The position numbers were made by a program, and so were the translations under genes. Positions 45,205 through 56,711 of a stretch of DNA of 64,000 nucleotides are shown here, piece by piece. This DNA is from an uncultured Victivallales bacterium (GTDB lineage Bacteria; Verrucomicrobiota; Kiritimatiellia; UBA8416). The notes under the pieces are model-generated. The model made no database searches and was not told where the DNA came from. It saw only the letters and a list, made by a program, of their open reading frames with translations. The stretch lies in NCBI GenBank assembly GCA_964472315.1, contig CAYYJS010000013.1, positions 229 to 64,228 on the forward strand, given 5' to 3'. How positions within the stretch are numbered: the first letter of the stretch is position 1; every line of letters begins with the position of its first letter.

Positions 45205-45795
45205 CTAACCGCGGTCCGGCTCCTCCGCGCGCACCGCGTTGAACTGGTTCATGGCGTCAGCTACACCCGAATCCAGCACGCAACACACCGCATCCGCGGC
45301 ACGCGCCGTCATCTCATCCACCACCCGTCGCGCCTCTTCAGCAAAGGGACGCAACACATGGCCAACAAGGTTCTCTCCCGCGCCCCGACGCCCGATCCCG
45401 ATGCGGATGCGGACAAATTGCCCGGTCCCCACATGCTCGACCACGGAGGCCAACCCTTTGTGCCCGCCCGTGCCGCCGCCGGGACGCACGCGCAGCCGTC
45501 CCAATTCCAGATCGGCATCGTCCAGAACGACGATCAGGTCGTCCGGCGCCGCCTTGTTGTAACGCAATATCGCCCCGATGGCCGCCCCGCTCCGGTTCAT
45601 GTACGTCTGCGGTTTGACCAACAGGAGCCGTTCGTCTCGATAATCCACTTTGGCCGTGTGCGCCGCGAATCGCAGCCCACGGCGAAACGTGCAGCCCCAA
45701 CGCTTTGCCAGCACATCCAGCGCGTCAAACCCGACGTTGTGCGGGGTTCCCGCGTATGCGCCGCCGGGATTGCCGAGGCCTGCGATGATCTTCAC
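45205..45795 (-). CDS. pth: Peptidyl-tRNA hydrolase
   Basis: MKIIAGLGNPGGAYAGTPHNVGF…. Confidence 0.9.
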   Translation of the reverse strand: MKIIAGLGNPGGAYAGTPHNVGFDALDVLAKRWGCTFRRGLRFAAHTAKVDYRDERLLLVKPQTYMNRSGAAIGAILRYNKAAPDDLIVVLDDADLELGRLRVRPGGGTGGHKGLASVVEHVGTGQFVRIRIGIGRRGAGENLVGHVLRPFAEEARRVVDEMTARAADAVCCVLDSGVADAMNQFNAVRAEEPDRG

Positions 45796-45808
45796 AATAT
45801 CGAATGTT

Positions 45809-46462
45809 CTAGGCTTCCGCTTCGGCTTCCTCGCCCGCCTTCTTCTTGCTCACGAGTTCGGGCGCGGGCGCACCCTCGACGGCGGCCGGCGCCGCTTCCT
45901 CAAGCGTGCGTGGCGCCATCACCGAAGCGACCAGCGCATCGGCCGGCGTCGTCGCCACGACTCCTTCCGGGAGTTTGATGTCGCCCACGACCAGATGAGC
46001 GCCCATGACCATATCCGAAATATCGACCGCAACCACTTCGGGCAGGTCCATCGGCAGACAGCGCACCTGGATCGCGTTCAACAATTGCTCCAGAATGCCG
46101 CCGAGCTTGACGCCGGCGCTCTCGCCGACAAGCTCGATCCGTACGGGCGCCTCGAGCAGCTCGGTCATCGAAATTTCCATGAAGTCCACGTGCAGCAGCG
46201 CACCCGAGACCGGCGCATGCTGGACGTCCTTCATGAGAACGGTCTTCTCGCCATTCCCCTCGACCATCAGACGGAGAATCATGTTCTCGCCGTGACGCTG
46301 CAGCAACATGCCGAACTCATGCGCGTCCAGTTGGACCGGCAGCGTCTCCCGCTGCCGGTTGTAGACGATCGCCGGAATCTTGCCGGTCAGGCGCAGACGC
46401 CGGGCGTTGCTGGAACCGTTCGTGGTACGTGTTTGGACGTTTACTTTTGTTTCTTTGGCCAT
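45809..46462 (-). CDS. rplY: 50S ribosomal protein L25/general stress protein Ctc
   Basis: L25 N-terminal domain plus a Ctc-type C-terminal domain with an acidic/Ala tail. 217 aa. Confidence 0.85.
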   Translation of the reverse strand: MAKETKVNVQTRTTNGSSNARRLRLTGKIPAIVYNRQRETLPVQLDAHEFGMLLQRHGENMILRLMVEGNGEKTVLMKDVQHAPVSGALLHVDFMEISMTELLEAPVRIELVGESAGVKLGGILEQLLNAIQVRCLPMDLPEVVAVDISDMVMGAHLVVGDIKLPEGVVATTPADALVASVMAPRTLEEAAPAAVEGAPAPELVSKKKAGEEAEAEA

Positions 46463-46474
46463 GGTCTTCCTTCC

Positions 46475-47452
46475 TTACACTCTGAACAATGTCGTAATCG
46501 AACGCCCTTCGTGAATGCGTACGATCGCTTCCCCGAGCATCTCGGACACGGACAACACGGTGACCGGGTATCCATCCAGGTCGACCCCGACCGGAACCGT
46601 ATCCGTCACGATCAATTCCTTGATCGGCGACGCCTTCAATCGGACGATGGCTTTCTCGGTGACCGTCGCGTGCGTGACGGCGGCATAGATGTCGCCGGCG
46701 CCATGCTTGGCCAACAGTTTGGCCGCGGAACAGAGCGTGCCCGCCGTGGTCGTCATGTCGTCCACCATGACCGCCGTACGCCCGTCAACATTACCGACCA
46801 GCGTGAAGGCCTCCACCTCGGATGGTCCCATGCGCTGCTTGGCCACAACCGCCAGGTCGCACCGCATCTGGCGGGCATACGCGTACGCCGCCTTCACACC
46901 GCCGGTGTCCGGCGCCACAATCACGGGATTCTTCAGTTCGAGCGCATCGAGGTACTTGGCAATGATCGGGAACGCATACAGATGATCGACCGGAATATCG
47001 AAGAAACCCTGAATCTGCTGCGCGTGTAGATCCACCGTCAACAGCCGGTTCACGCCGGCCGCCACCAGCAGATTGGCCACGAGTTTCGCCGTGATCGGCA
47101 CCCGCGGCTGGTCCTTCCGGTCCTGCCGCGCATACCCGTAGTAAGGGATGACCGCGGTGATGCGCCCCGCCGACGCGCGCTTCATGGCGTCGATCATGAT
47201 CAGCAGTTCCATCAGGTGCTCGTTCGGGGGGTTGCAGATCGGCTGAACGATGAAAACGTCGCTGCCGCGGATGTTCTCGGTCACCTTCACAAGCGTCTCG
47301 CCATCCGGAAAACGGCTGATGACCACCGCACCCAGCGGAACGTTGGCGTACTCGGCGATACGCTCCGCCAACGGCGCGTTCGCGGTGCCGGTGAATATCT
47401 TCAGATCGTTCGCGTGCATTCCCGCGTACACCTGTTTCCGCTCCTCGCTCAA
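46475..47452 (-). CDS. prs: Ribose-phosphate pyrophosphokinase
   Basis: …VIPYYGYARQDRK…DLHAQQIQGFFDIPVDHLYA…. Confidence 0.9.
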   Translation of the reverse strand: MSEERKQVYAGMHANDLKIFTGTANAPLAERIAEYANVPLGAVVISRFPDGETLVKVTENIRGSDVFIVQPICNPPNEHLMELLIMIDAMKRASAGRITAVIPYYGYARQDRKDQPRVPITAKLVANLLVAAGVNRLLTVDLHAQQIQGFFDIPVDHLYAFPIIAKYLDALELKNPVIVAPDTGGVKAAYAYARQMRCDLAVVAKQRMGPSEVEAFTLVGNVDGRTAVMVDDMTTTAGTLCSAAKLLAKHGAGDIYAAVTHATVTEKAIVRLKASPIKELIVTDTVPVGVDLDGYPVTVLSVSEMLGEAIVRIHEGRSITTLFRV

Positions 47453-47454
47453 CC

Positions 47455-47528
47455 TGGTTGCCCGACTAGGACTCGAACCTAGACTCTAGCCTCCAAAGGG
47501 CCGTGTGCTGCCATTACACCATCGGGCA
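47455..47528 (-). tRNA. tRNA-Gln (anticodon TTG), CCA encoded
   Basis: Minus-strand sequence TGCCCGA-TG-GTGTAATGGCAGCACA-CGGCC-CTTTGGA-GGCTA-GAGT-CTAGG-TTCGAGT-CCTAG-TCGGGCA-A-CCA. Acceptor stem 7 bp, T-arm with TTCGAGT loop, anticodon loop CU-UUG-GA. It sits between ispE and prs, a conserved position for tRNA-Gln. Confidence 0.7.
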
Positions 47529-48420
47529 ACATCCGCACCGCCCGGCCCCAGAGGCCGGCGCCGAAAGCCGCCCGGACAGCCGTCAGCATCTCCCGGGCAT
47601 GTCCTTCATCCCGGGCCAGCCCGAAAACGGAACCGCCGCTGCCCGATAGCAAGCTCCCCAAGGCCCCATGTTCCATGAGACCTTCGAGCAGCATCTCGAT
47701 CAGCGGATACTTCCGCACCACCGTCGCCTGGAGGTCGTTGAACAACGCCCCCGCCAGGCCGGAAAGACTCCTTTCCTGAACGGCGGAAATCATCCTTGTA
47801 TAGATTGCGCCCGGGGAAGTCAAGGGCGGCGTGTAACACGCGTAGACGTCACGCGTCGGAACGGGGAAGCCGGGATTGAGCAAGACCAGCCACCAGGGCT
47901 CCGCCCCGGCGGCATCCGGATCGAACATCAACGGCGTGACGCGCTCGCCGCGGCCGGCCACACCGACAAGCCGGTCATGGACCTGCGCGGGCACGTCGCA
48001 CCCGATTTCGGCGCCCAGGTCCGCCAGCGCGGCAACATCCAGTCCGACGCCCCACAAGTCGTTGAGCGCCCGCAGCACCGCCGCGGCATCCGAACTGCCG
48101 CCGCCCAGGCCCCCGCCGGGCGGGATGTGCTTCTCGATGCCCATGGTCGCCCCGAGACGGCTCCCGGTGCGCGCCTGCAGCAACCGCGCCGCCCGCGTCG
48201 CCAGGTTGTCATCGGCGCCGGCCAGGCCGAGGCGACGCTCGTCGATGCTGCCGGTCGGCAAAATCCGCGTCTCGATCGCGGGTGTGTCCGTTCGCGCAAT
48301 CTCGATGCGGTCGTACAGACTCACCGGCAGGATGATGCTCCGGATGTCATGATAGCCGTCGGCACGCTTGCCGCACACCTCGAGGACGAGGTTGATCTTG
48401 GCCGGCGCAAGCACCGTCAT
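47479..48420 (-). CDS. ispE: 4-diphosphocytidyl-2-C-methyl-D-erythritol kinase
   Basis: MTVLAPAKINLVLEV…, GHMP kinase motif PPGGGLGGGSSDAAA. The 3' end overlaps the tRNA call by about 50 nt. Confidence 0.8.
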   Translation of the reverse strand: MTVLAPAKINLVLEVCGKRADGYHDIRSIILPVSLYDRIEIARTDTPAIETRILPTGSIDERRLGLAGADDNLATRAARLLQARTGSRLGATMGIEKHIPPGGGLGGGSSDAAAVLRALNDLWGVGLDVAALADLGAEIGCDVPAQVHDRLVGVAGRGERVTPLMFDPDAAGAEPWWLVLLNPGFPVPTRDVYACYTPPLTSPGAIYTRMISAVQERSLSGLAGALFNDLQATVVRKYPLIEMLLEGLMEHGALGSLLSGSGGSVFGLARDEGHAREMLTAVRAAFGAGLWGRAVRMLPDGVMAAHGPLEARV

Positions 48421-48923
48421 TCTGTCTGGACCTGAAAACACGCGGGCGGAACTACCACACTGCCCCCCGCGTGACAAGTCAAATGCTCCCCTTCCATGCG
48501 GGCGGCAAAGTCATCCCGCGGACTCCGGTCGGCCGCACCGGCCTGCTGCATGTAGTCGGCCAGCGCCAGCAGCCTGTCCAGCACGCAACGGTCCATGACA
48601 TGTTCCATGCGGCAGGCGTTGGTTTCGGCCAGTCCCGGCTCCACGAGCAGGACATCCTGCAGAAAACCCCGCAGGATTTCATGGCTGCGCGAGACCTCGC
48701 GGGCGATGGATGACCCGCCGCCCGTCAGCGACACCGCCTCATAGGGGGCATAGTGGATCAGCCCCTTGTCCGACAGCGCCCGCAACGCCGCGGTAACGGT
48801 GGACTTGTGCACGCCCAGCCGCGCGGCGATGTCGCCCGCCCGCGCCTCGCCCGTCTCGTGCGTCAGCGCCAGGATCGCCTCGAGGTAATCCTGCAACGCC
48901 GCGGAAAGCTGTTCGTTCGCCAT
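48417..48923 (-). CDS. DtxR/MntR-family metal-dependent transcriptional regulator
   Basis: N-terminal wHTH (LEAILALTHETGEARAGDIAARLGVHKSTVTAALRAL) plus a metal-binding/dimerisation domain. 4-nt overlap with ispE. Confidence 0.65.
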   Translation of the reverse strand: MANEQLSAALQDYLEAILALTHETGEARAGDIAARLGVHKSTVTAALRALSDKGLIHYAPYEAVSLTGGGSSIAREVSRSHEILRGFLQDVLLVEPGLAETNACRMEHVMDRCVLDRLLALADYMQQAGAADRSPRDDFAARMEGEHLTCHAGGSVVVPPACFQVQTE

Positions 48924-49247
48924 GCCGATACCCGTCGCATTCGTAAGTTTGACCGATCAAACTCAGGATACTCGCGCGCCGCCGTCAAGTCAACCCGCCG
49001 CGCGGCGTGTCGAACCGGGACCTCGTGCCGCATGCGCCGCGCCCGTCGCGGTAGGGGTTTGCCCATGCGACTTTGAGGGGCTCCCCGATTTCTCCGTCCC
49101 CCCGACTCGCCTAGTCTGACACCGTCCTACGCAAGGCGGGTCAGCCAGGAGGGTTTTGCGGCTTAGGGAGACGGCTGAACGGCATCGGCCGCGCCCGTGT
49201 GGTCGCGTAACGCAGAGACAGGAACAACGCAGGAGGAGGAAACGGAG

Positions 49248-49625
49248 ATGATCAAGTCGAACGGCAACGAGGCGATGGGTAACCGGACACCGATGCAGAT
49301 GGTCGCGCCGCGGGAGGGGGTATCTGCTCAACCCTCGCCGCGCAAGGCCGAAACAGCCCCGCGGGAACAGCGCCCGGCCATGACGTTCGTCTTCGCCGCG
49401 GCGCCGCAGGCGAAGGACGTATTCGTGGCCGGCGATTTCAACAACTGGGACCCGACGGCGACGCGTATGACGAGACGCGGCAGCGAGTTCAAACGCAAGA
49501 TCGAGCTCGCGCCCGGCGAACATCAGTATAAGTTCGTCGTCGATGGCCAATGGGTGGCCGACCCCGCGTCGGACGTGCATGTGGTGAACGACCTGGGTAC
49601 CGTGAACAGCGTCATCCGGGTCTAG
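49248..49625 (+). CDS. Glycogen-binding (CBM48/AMPK-beta-like, E-set) domain protein
   Basis: …MTFVFAAAPQAKDVFVAGDFNNWDPTATRMTRRGSEFKRKIELAPGEHQYKFVVDGQWVADP… A strong Shine-Dalgarno sequence (aggaggagga) lies upstream. Confidence 0.6.
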   Translation: MIKSNGNEAMGNRTPMQMVAPREGVSAQPSPRKAETAPREQRPAMTFVFAAAPQAKDVFVAGDFNNWDPTATRMTRRGSEFKRKIELAPGEHQYKFVVDGQWVADPASDVHVVNDLGTVNSVIRV

Positions 49626-50024
49626 TCGACAACAGGGAACGGGCCCGCGCGGTCCAATATGCGGAAAGCACGGGAGTGTCCCGGCCCACGCGGGGGACAC
49701 TCCCGTCTTCCACTTCGACCGCTTCGAACCCGCCCTGGCATTGGAAACGCTGGGGCCGCTGCGCGAGCAGTCGGGTCTTTCCGAACCGGAGTTGCTCGGG
49801 CTCGGTCGCGTCACCCCGATGGACAACGGCGAGCCGTTCTGCATGACCGTGCTGGGACTGCGCATGGCCTGGTACCGGAACGCGGTCGCACACCTCCATC
49901 AACGGGTCAGCCAAGACATGTGGCACATGCTGTGGCCCGCGGTTCGCACAGTACAAGCGCGGCAACCTGCTGCTGCACGACATGGACTGGTATCGCGAAG
50001 CGCCGGCGTCCCACGCGAACTCCG

Positions 50025-50846
50025 TCAAGGGGGGCTTGGGTGTCGTGCCGCACGCTGCCGGACGGCCTCGTAAAGCAGGATGGTCGTGGCGGAGGCGACG
50101 TTGAGGGAGTCGGCCTGGCCGCGCATGGGAATGCGGACGCGGATGTCGGCGGCCGCCAGCCAGCGATCCGTCAGTCCGTATTGTTCGGCACCGACGACGA
50201 TGGCGATACCGCGCGTGAGGTCGACGTCGCTGTACAGGACATCGCTGTGCGGCGTGGTCGCCACGATTCGCACCTGGCGGGCCTTGAGCCAGTCGAGGGC
50301 GACATCGGTGGCCGTCTCGATGACCGGCAGCGTGAAGATCGTGCCGACGCTGGCGCGGACGACGTTGGGGTTGTTGACGTCCGTACAGCGGTCGCACACG
50401 ATGACGGCGTCGACACCGGCGGCATCGGCGGAACGCAGGATCGTGCCGAGGTTGCCGGGCTTCTCGATGGACTCGGCGACAACCACGAACGGGTTGTCGA
50501 TGTCCGCGAGTTCATCAAGCCCGCGCCGCACCTGGGGGCCGATGGCGAGCAACCCGTCCGGACGGTCACGGTACGCGATCTTGTCGAAGACGGACCGGAC
50601 ACAGTCGACGATCGTGGCGCCCTGATCGACGGCCCGCTGAATCAGGGCCTCGTTGTTCTCGCCCTGGAACAGCTCCCGACAACAGAACAGTTCCGTGACG
50701 GCGTGCCGGTTGTTCAGGGCGTGCCGGATCTCGCGGTAGCCTTCGATGATCATCAACCCCTGGCTGTCGCGATGCGAACGCTGCCGGAGCTTGACGACCT
50801 CTTTGATGCGGAGGTTGGCCGGACTGGTGATGACGAGCGGCGGCAT
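50025..50846 (-). CDS. TrmH/SpoU-family RNA 2'-O-methyltransferase (RlmB-like)
   Basis: SPOUT motifs …GNLGTILRSADAAGVDAVIV… and …SLNVASATTILLYEA…. Confidence 0.75.
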   Translation of the reverse strand: MPPLVITSPANLRIKEVVKLRQRSHRDSQGLMIIEGYREIRHALNNRHAVTELFCCRELFQGENNEALIQRAVDQGATIVDCVRSVFDKIAYRDRPDGLLAIGPQVRRGLDELADIDNPFVVVAESIEKPGNLGTILRSADAAGVDAVIVCDRCTDVNNPNVVRASVGTIFTLPVIETATDVALDWLKARQVRIVATTPHSDVLYSDVDLTRGIAIVVGAEQYGLTDRWLAAADIRVRIPMRGQADSLNVASATTILLYEAVRQRAARHPSPP

Positions 50847-50850
50847 GGGC

Positions 50851-51228
50851 CTACTGGTGGGTGATGTAGGCGTCGGCCGAAGCGACCGTGGTCGTGGTTG
50901 CGGTCGTGGTCGTGGTATTCGTGCCGGTGCTGGTGACGGTTTGCGCGACGATGCTGACGGTCAGCACCTGGGACGCCGCCCCGGCCCGCAGGCTCGTGTA
51001 GATCGTGCGTTCGCCGACGTTCTGGCTGAGGTAACCGAGGCTCGCGTCCGAAAGGCGCCAGGCGTACTCGTTCCAGCCGGATGCCGCGAACTCGATGGAC
51101 TGGCCTTTGCTGATGGTCGCCTCGCGCGGCGTGATGGTCAGATAGATTTGGGAAGGCTTTTCGGTCTCGCAGCCGACGATCAGACCGGCCACGACAATCG
51201 CCGACAGGCATGTCCATGTCCATTGCAT
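50851..51228 (-). CDS. Small lipoprotein
   Basis: Signal peptide with lipobox (LIVGC), a beta-rich body and a Thr-rich tail. Confidence 0.45.
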   Translation of the reverse strand: MQWTWTCLSAIVVAGLIVGCETEKPSQIYLTITPREATISKGQSIEFAASGWNEYAWRLSDASLGYLSQNVGERTIYTSLRAGAASQVLTVSIVAQTVTSTGTNTTTTTATTTTVASADAYITHQ

Positions 51229-51610
51229 GCGGAAACTTTAGCGCAAGGGGCGAACGGCTGTCAATGAATCGCTGGGGAGGACAGTGTCCACGGGGCGCGC
51301 ATCGGGCGGGCGCGCATGGCGTTCGCCTCGTCGTCGCCGATGAACTCGCGGCTGGATCGTTGCTGCGTCCCCGTCTGGCAGATGCGGCCGGTGGCGGCGG
51401 CCGCACGACAGATGGCGCGCCTCTCGACGATGGTCAGCGTCATGGGCTTTTCGACGTAGACATCCTTCCTATCGTGACGATCGTTCCCGAAATGGCGGCA
51501 TTGTACGGCATGGCCGCGCGACAACCAGCCGGAAAATGAGTGGCGTTCGCGCTGGATTCCGGCGCGGGGTTCTGCAAGACTCCGCACGCGTAGAGGAGGC
51601 ATCGAAACGA

Positions 51611-52498
51611 ATGGCCAAGAAAAACCGTCGGAATATCCAACAACATCGCGCGCGCAGCCGGCAACGGGTCGATGCGCGCCGCAAGCAGCGCAAGAAAGCA
51701 CAGGCGGGATCGCGGCCGACGCTCGCGGTCGGCCGCGGCACGATGCGTGCCGCGCCGCTCCACGAAGTCCTGCTGACCGACAACCTGTTTGCCGTAGGCA
51801 TCGGACATCTTGTCGTGAGCCGGAGCCTGCCGAACGGGCAGTTGGCCATAGGCATTTTCATGATCGATGTGCGGTGCATGGGTGTTAAGGACGCGTTCCT
51901 GCAGGTCGGTGATCCTTTCGGGTATGTTGGTTTGCGTCGCAAGCTGGTCGATTTCGGCGCGTCGCCCGTCGATCCGGCTTACGCCCGTAAACTTCTGGAC
52001 GCGGCCGTCGGCTACGCGCGCGGACTGGGCTTCGAACCGAGCGGCCATTTCAAGGACGCTTACGTCGTCATCGACGCGATCGATGCGTCCACCTGTACCG
52101 ATGCCTTCGTTTTCGGCGTCGACGGCAAGCCGCACTTCATGTCGGGACCGTACGATTCGCCGGCCTTCATCGCCCACGTCACCCGCACGCTGGAAGCGGC
52201 ATGCGGCAAGGACGGCTACAACTTTACGATCGCCGGGCCCGAGATGGACGGGGACTGGTTCGACTCGGACGAGGACGATGAGGACACGGACGAGATCGAC
52301 GACGAGGCGGAGGAGGTGACGCGTTGTGTCCAATCCCTGCTGGAAGGGCCGCATCCGGACGACAACGACCACGGACGCGTCGCGCCGCCGCCCCCCGCAA
52401 GGGTCAACGCCGATGACGGAACGCAACCGACGACAGCCGATGCGCCGGCGAAAGGCTGGTTGAGCGGCATCAAGCGCCTGTTCAAGAAACAGGACTGA
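51611..52498 (+). CDS. Hypothetical protein with a basic N-terminus and an acidic ([18 protein letters not shown]) stretch
   Basis: The + strand ORF has plausible composition; the overlapping minus-strand ORF looks like antisense noise. Confidence 0.4.
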   Translation: MAKKNRRNIQQHRARSRQRVDARRKQRKKAQAGSRPTLAVGRGTMRAAPLHEVLLTDNLFAVGIGHLVVSRSLPNGQLAIGIFMIDVRCMGVKDAFLQVGDPFGYVGLRRKLVDFGASPVDPAYARKLLDAAVGYARGLGFEPSGHFKDAYVVIDAIDASTCTDAFVFGVDGKPHFMSGPYDSPAFIAHVTRTLEAACGKDGYNFTIAGPEMDGDWFDSDEDDEDTDEIDDEAEEVTRCVQSLLEGPHPDDNDHGRVAPPPPARVNADDGTQPTTADAPAKGWLSGIKRLFKKQD

Positions 52499-52525
52499 GG
52501 CGACGGCGCCGTTCGGCCCGCACGG

Positions 52526-53347
52526 CTACCCCGCGGCGGGCCGTATGCCCAGCGGTGTATGCTTCCCGGCGCGGAACGGCGCGGCCAGCGCGTGCGCGAC
52601 GAAGGCCTGGGCCGCCTTGACGGCGTCCGGCAGCGTTCGGCCGTGCGCCAGGCCGGCGGCGCAGGCCGCGGCAAACGTGCAGCCGGTACCATGCGTCTCG
52701 ACGGCGGGGAGACGCGTCTGCGCGAACCGGTGGCAGACGGCGCCATCGTAGAGAACGTCGACGAGCGCCGCGCCGCGCGCGGAGTCCAGATGGCCGCCTT
52801 TGACCACGCAGGCGCAGCCGAAACGATCGTAGACGGCCCGCGCCGCGGCTTCCATCTGCTCGACCGATGCGATGGCCATGCCCGTGAGCGTCTCCGCTTC
52901 CGGGATGTTGGGCGTCGTGACGGTCGCCAGCGGCAACAGGTCCGACCGCAGGGCCGCGACGGCGTCATCCTTGAGCAGCCGCCCGCCCGACGTCGCGATC
53001 ATCACGGGGTCGACCACCAGCGCCGGCAGGCGGCGCGCCCCGAGGACGGCCGCCACCCGCGCGACCAGCTCCGCCGAATAGAGCATGCCGGTCTTGACGG
53101 CAACCACGGGGAAGCCGTCGCACACGGCGTCGATCTGCCGTTGTACGATCTCGGGGCTCAACGCCTCGATCCCGCGCACCGCGTCGGGGTTCTGCGCCGT
53201 GACGCACGTGATGGCGGACGTGCCGAAGCAGCCGAGCGCGGCAAACGTCTTCAGGTCGGCCTGAATGCCGGCGCCGCCGCCGCTATCCGAACCCGCGATG
53301 GTCAGGACGACGGGAACCGGTGTCGCGACAATGGCGGCGCGTGTCAC
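52526..53347 (-). CDS. thiD: Hydroxymethylpyrimidine/phosphomethylpyrimidine kinase
   Basis: …VLTIAGSDSGGGAGIQADLKTFAALG… A GTG start at 53347 directly follows the argG stop at 53349. Confidence 0.8.
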   Translation of the reverse strand: MTRAAIVATPVPVVLTIAGSDSGGGAGIQADLKTFAALGCFGTSAITCVTAQNPDAVRGIEALSPEIVQRQIDAVCDGFPVVAVKTGMLYSAELVARVAAVLGARRLPALVVDPVMIATSGGRLLKDDAVAALRSDLLPLATVTTPNIPEAETLTGMAIASVEQMEAAARAVYDRFGCACVVKGGHLDSARGAALVDVLYDGAVCHRFAQTRLPAVETHGTGCTFAAACAAGLAHGRTLPDAVKAAQAFVAHALAAPFRAGKHTPLGIRPAAG

Positions 53348-53348
53348 G

Positions 53349-54581
53349 TCACGCCCTGATCTGGCCGGCAAGGGCCAGCGCACGGGCTTCGACGCTCTGG
53401 ATTTCGGCAAAGCCCTGCGAACTGATCGGGTTGAGTCCCGCGCTGGCTTCCATGGACGAATCGGCTTCGTTGTAGATCGACGCCGGACAATCGGCGAGCC
53501 CGCGGAACTGAACGTTGCCCTTGTAGAGCCCGACGGTGACCGTTCCGGAGGCATGCGCGGCGAAGACATCGATGGCGGCCATGGCGGCCACCGTGACCGG
53601 ATCGAAGTACCGGCCGTCATACACCTGATCGGCCACCAGCTTCGACAGGTGTGTGAACAACTTGGCGGCGCGGCGGTCCATCGTGGCCTGGTACACGGTC
53701 GCCAGGCACTGGGCCAGCAGCTCCATGCCCGGCGATTCGTACACGCCGCGGCTCTTGGTGCCGATGATCCGGTTCTCGAGCGCGTTCTTGAAACCGATGC
53801 CGTTCCGGCCGCCGATCGTGTTCGCCAGCAACATGGCTTTCAGCGGCGTGACCTTGCGGCCGTCGATCGCGGTGGCCCGGCCCTTCACGAACGTCACGCT
53901 GACGGTCTCGCCCGCCTCGGGCGCGGCCTGCGGCCAGACGCCCATGGTCGGCTCCACGATCGTGCAGGGCGTCGACAGGCTTTCCAGATCCTCGGCCTCG
54001 TGACTCAACCCGGCCAGGTTGGCGTCGGTCGAGTAGCGCTTCTTGCCGCCGGGGAACGCCTCGATGCCGTGACGGCGCAGGTACTGCACCATCTCGAGTC
54101 GCCCGGGGAACTCCTTCAGCAGCGCCGCATCGCGCCACGGCGCGTAGACTTTCATGTCGGGCGCAAGGACGTTGGTGTAGCGCTCGAACCGCATCTGGTC
54201 GTTGCCGCGACCCGTCGCGCCGTGCACGAGCACCGTGCACCCGCGTTTCCGCATCTCCGGAATCAGGCCCTGGACGGTCACCGCCCGCGCGATGCCCGTG
54301 GAGTTCCAGTAACCGCCGTCGTACATCGCCTGCGCCTTGATCATGGCGAAGCAGGCCTCGGCCATGGGCTTCTTCAGGTCGACGACGACGGTCTCGGCGC
54401 CGCAGGGGCGCATCTTCTCAACCACGCCGCCGATATCCGCCTCGTCCGGTTGGGCGAGGTCCGCCGTGAAGCAGACGACATCGATGCCGAGGTCGACGAA
54501 CTTCTTCGTGACGGTCTTGCTGTCCAGCCCGCCGGACACGCAGATGCCAAGCTTCTCGTTCCTGAGTCGATCCAGCGTCAT
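53349..54581 (-). CDS. argG: Argininosuccinate synthase
   Basis: …ICVSGGLDSKT…, the 400+ aa ArgG type. Confidence 0.9.
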   Translation of the reverse strand: MTLDRLRNEKLGICVSGGLDSKTVTKKFVDLGIDVVCFTADLAQPDEADIGGVVEKMRPCGAETVVVDLKKPMAEACFAMIKAQAMYDGGYWNSTGIARAVTVQGLIPEMRKRGCTVLVHGATGRGNDQMRFERYTNVLAPDMKVYAPWRDAALLKEFPGRLEMVQYLRRHGIEAFPGGKKRYSTDANLAGLSHEAEDLESLSTPCTIVEPTMGVWPQAAPEAGETVSVTFVKGRATAIDGRKVTPLKAMLLANTIGGRNGIGFKNALENRIIGTKSRGVYESPGMELLAQCLATVYQATMDRRAAKLFTHLSKLVADQVYDGRYFDPVTVAAMAAIDVFAAHASGTVTVGLYKGNVQFRGLADCPASIYNEADSSMEASAGLNPISSQGFAEIQSVEARALALAGQIRA

Positions 54582-54585
54582 GGCG

Positions 54586-55819
<1,234 letters not shown>

Positions 55820-55827
<8 letters not shown>

Positions 55828-56710
55828 CGCTCAACATCTCCGTTCCAACACCCTTGTCCGTGAAGATCTCCAGCAGGAGCGAATGCCGCATCCGCCCGTC
55901 GATCATATGTACCTTGCGCACACCCGCGCGCAGCGCCTCCACACAACTCGCGATCTTCGGCAGCATGCCGCCGGAGATCACACCTTCCTCGATCAGCCGT
56001 TCCACCTCGCCCAGCCGGAGCGTCGGGATCACCGACGCCGGATCCTTGGGGTCCCGCAGCAAGCCGGGCACGTCCGACAGAAAAACCAGCTTGCGCGCCT
56101 GGAGCGCCTTGGCGACGGCCGCCGCCGCCACGTCCGCGTTGACGTTGTGCACGTGATGGTCCGCCCCGACGCCCAGCGGCGTGATGACCGGGATCACGCC
56201 TTCCGCCAGGAACGCCCGGATCGGCGCGGCGTCGACGGCATCCGGCTCGCCGACAAAGCCCCAGTCCAGCCGTTCGCCCGTGACGGGATCGGTTTCCGTC
56301 TTGCGGGTCACCCGCAGGATTTCGTCGCCGTGCAGGCTGCGCGCCTTGACGCCCTTGCGCGTCAGGCCGCGCACGATCTGGGGGTTGATCTCGCCCTTGA
56401 TGACGCGTTCGACCACCTCGATCGACTTCGCGCACGTCACGCGCAGGCCGCGCACGAAACGGGACTCGATGCCCTGTTCGACCATGCCGCGCGAGATGGC
56501 CTTGCCGCCGCCGTGCACGACGACGCAACGCATGCCGACGGTCGCCATGAAGGCGATGTCCGCCAGCACGCTGTCCACGTGCGCGGCGTCTTCCATCGCG
56601 CTGCCGCCGAATTTGACGACGACGATCTCGCCGCGGAAGCTCTGAATGTAGGGCAGCGCTTCGATCAGCACCGCCGCCTTGCCGATGATCGTATCCATGG
56701 GGACTACCAC
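55820..56710 (-). CDS. argB: Acetylglutamate kinase
   Basis: …IVVVKFGGSAMEDAA…VVVHGGGKAI…. Confidence 0.9.
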
Positions 56711-56711
56711 C

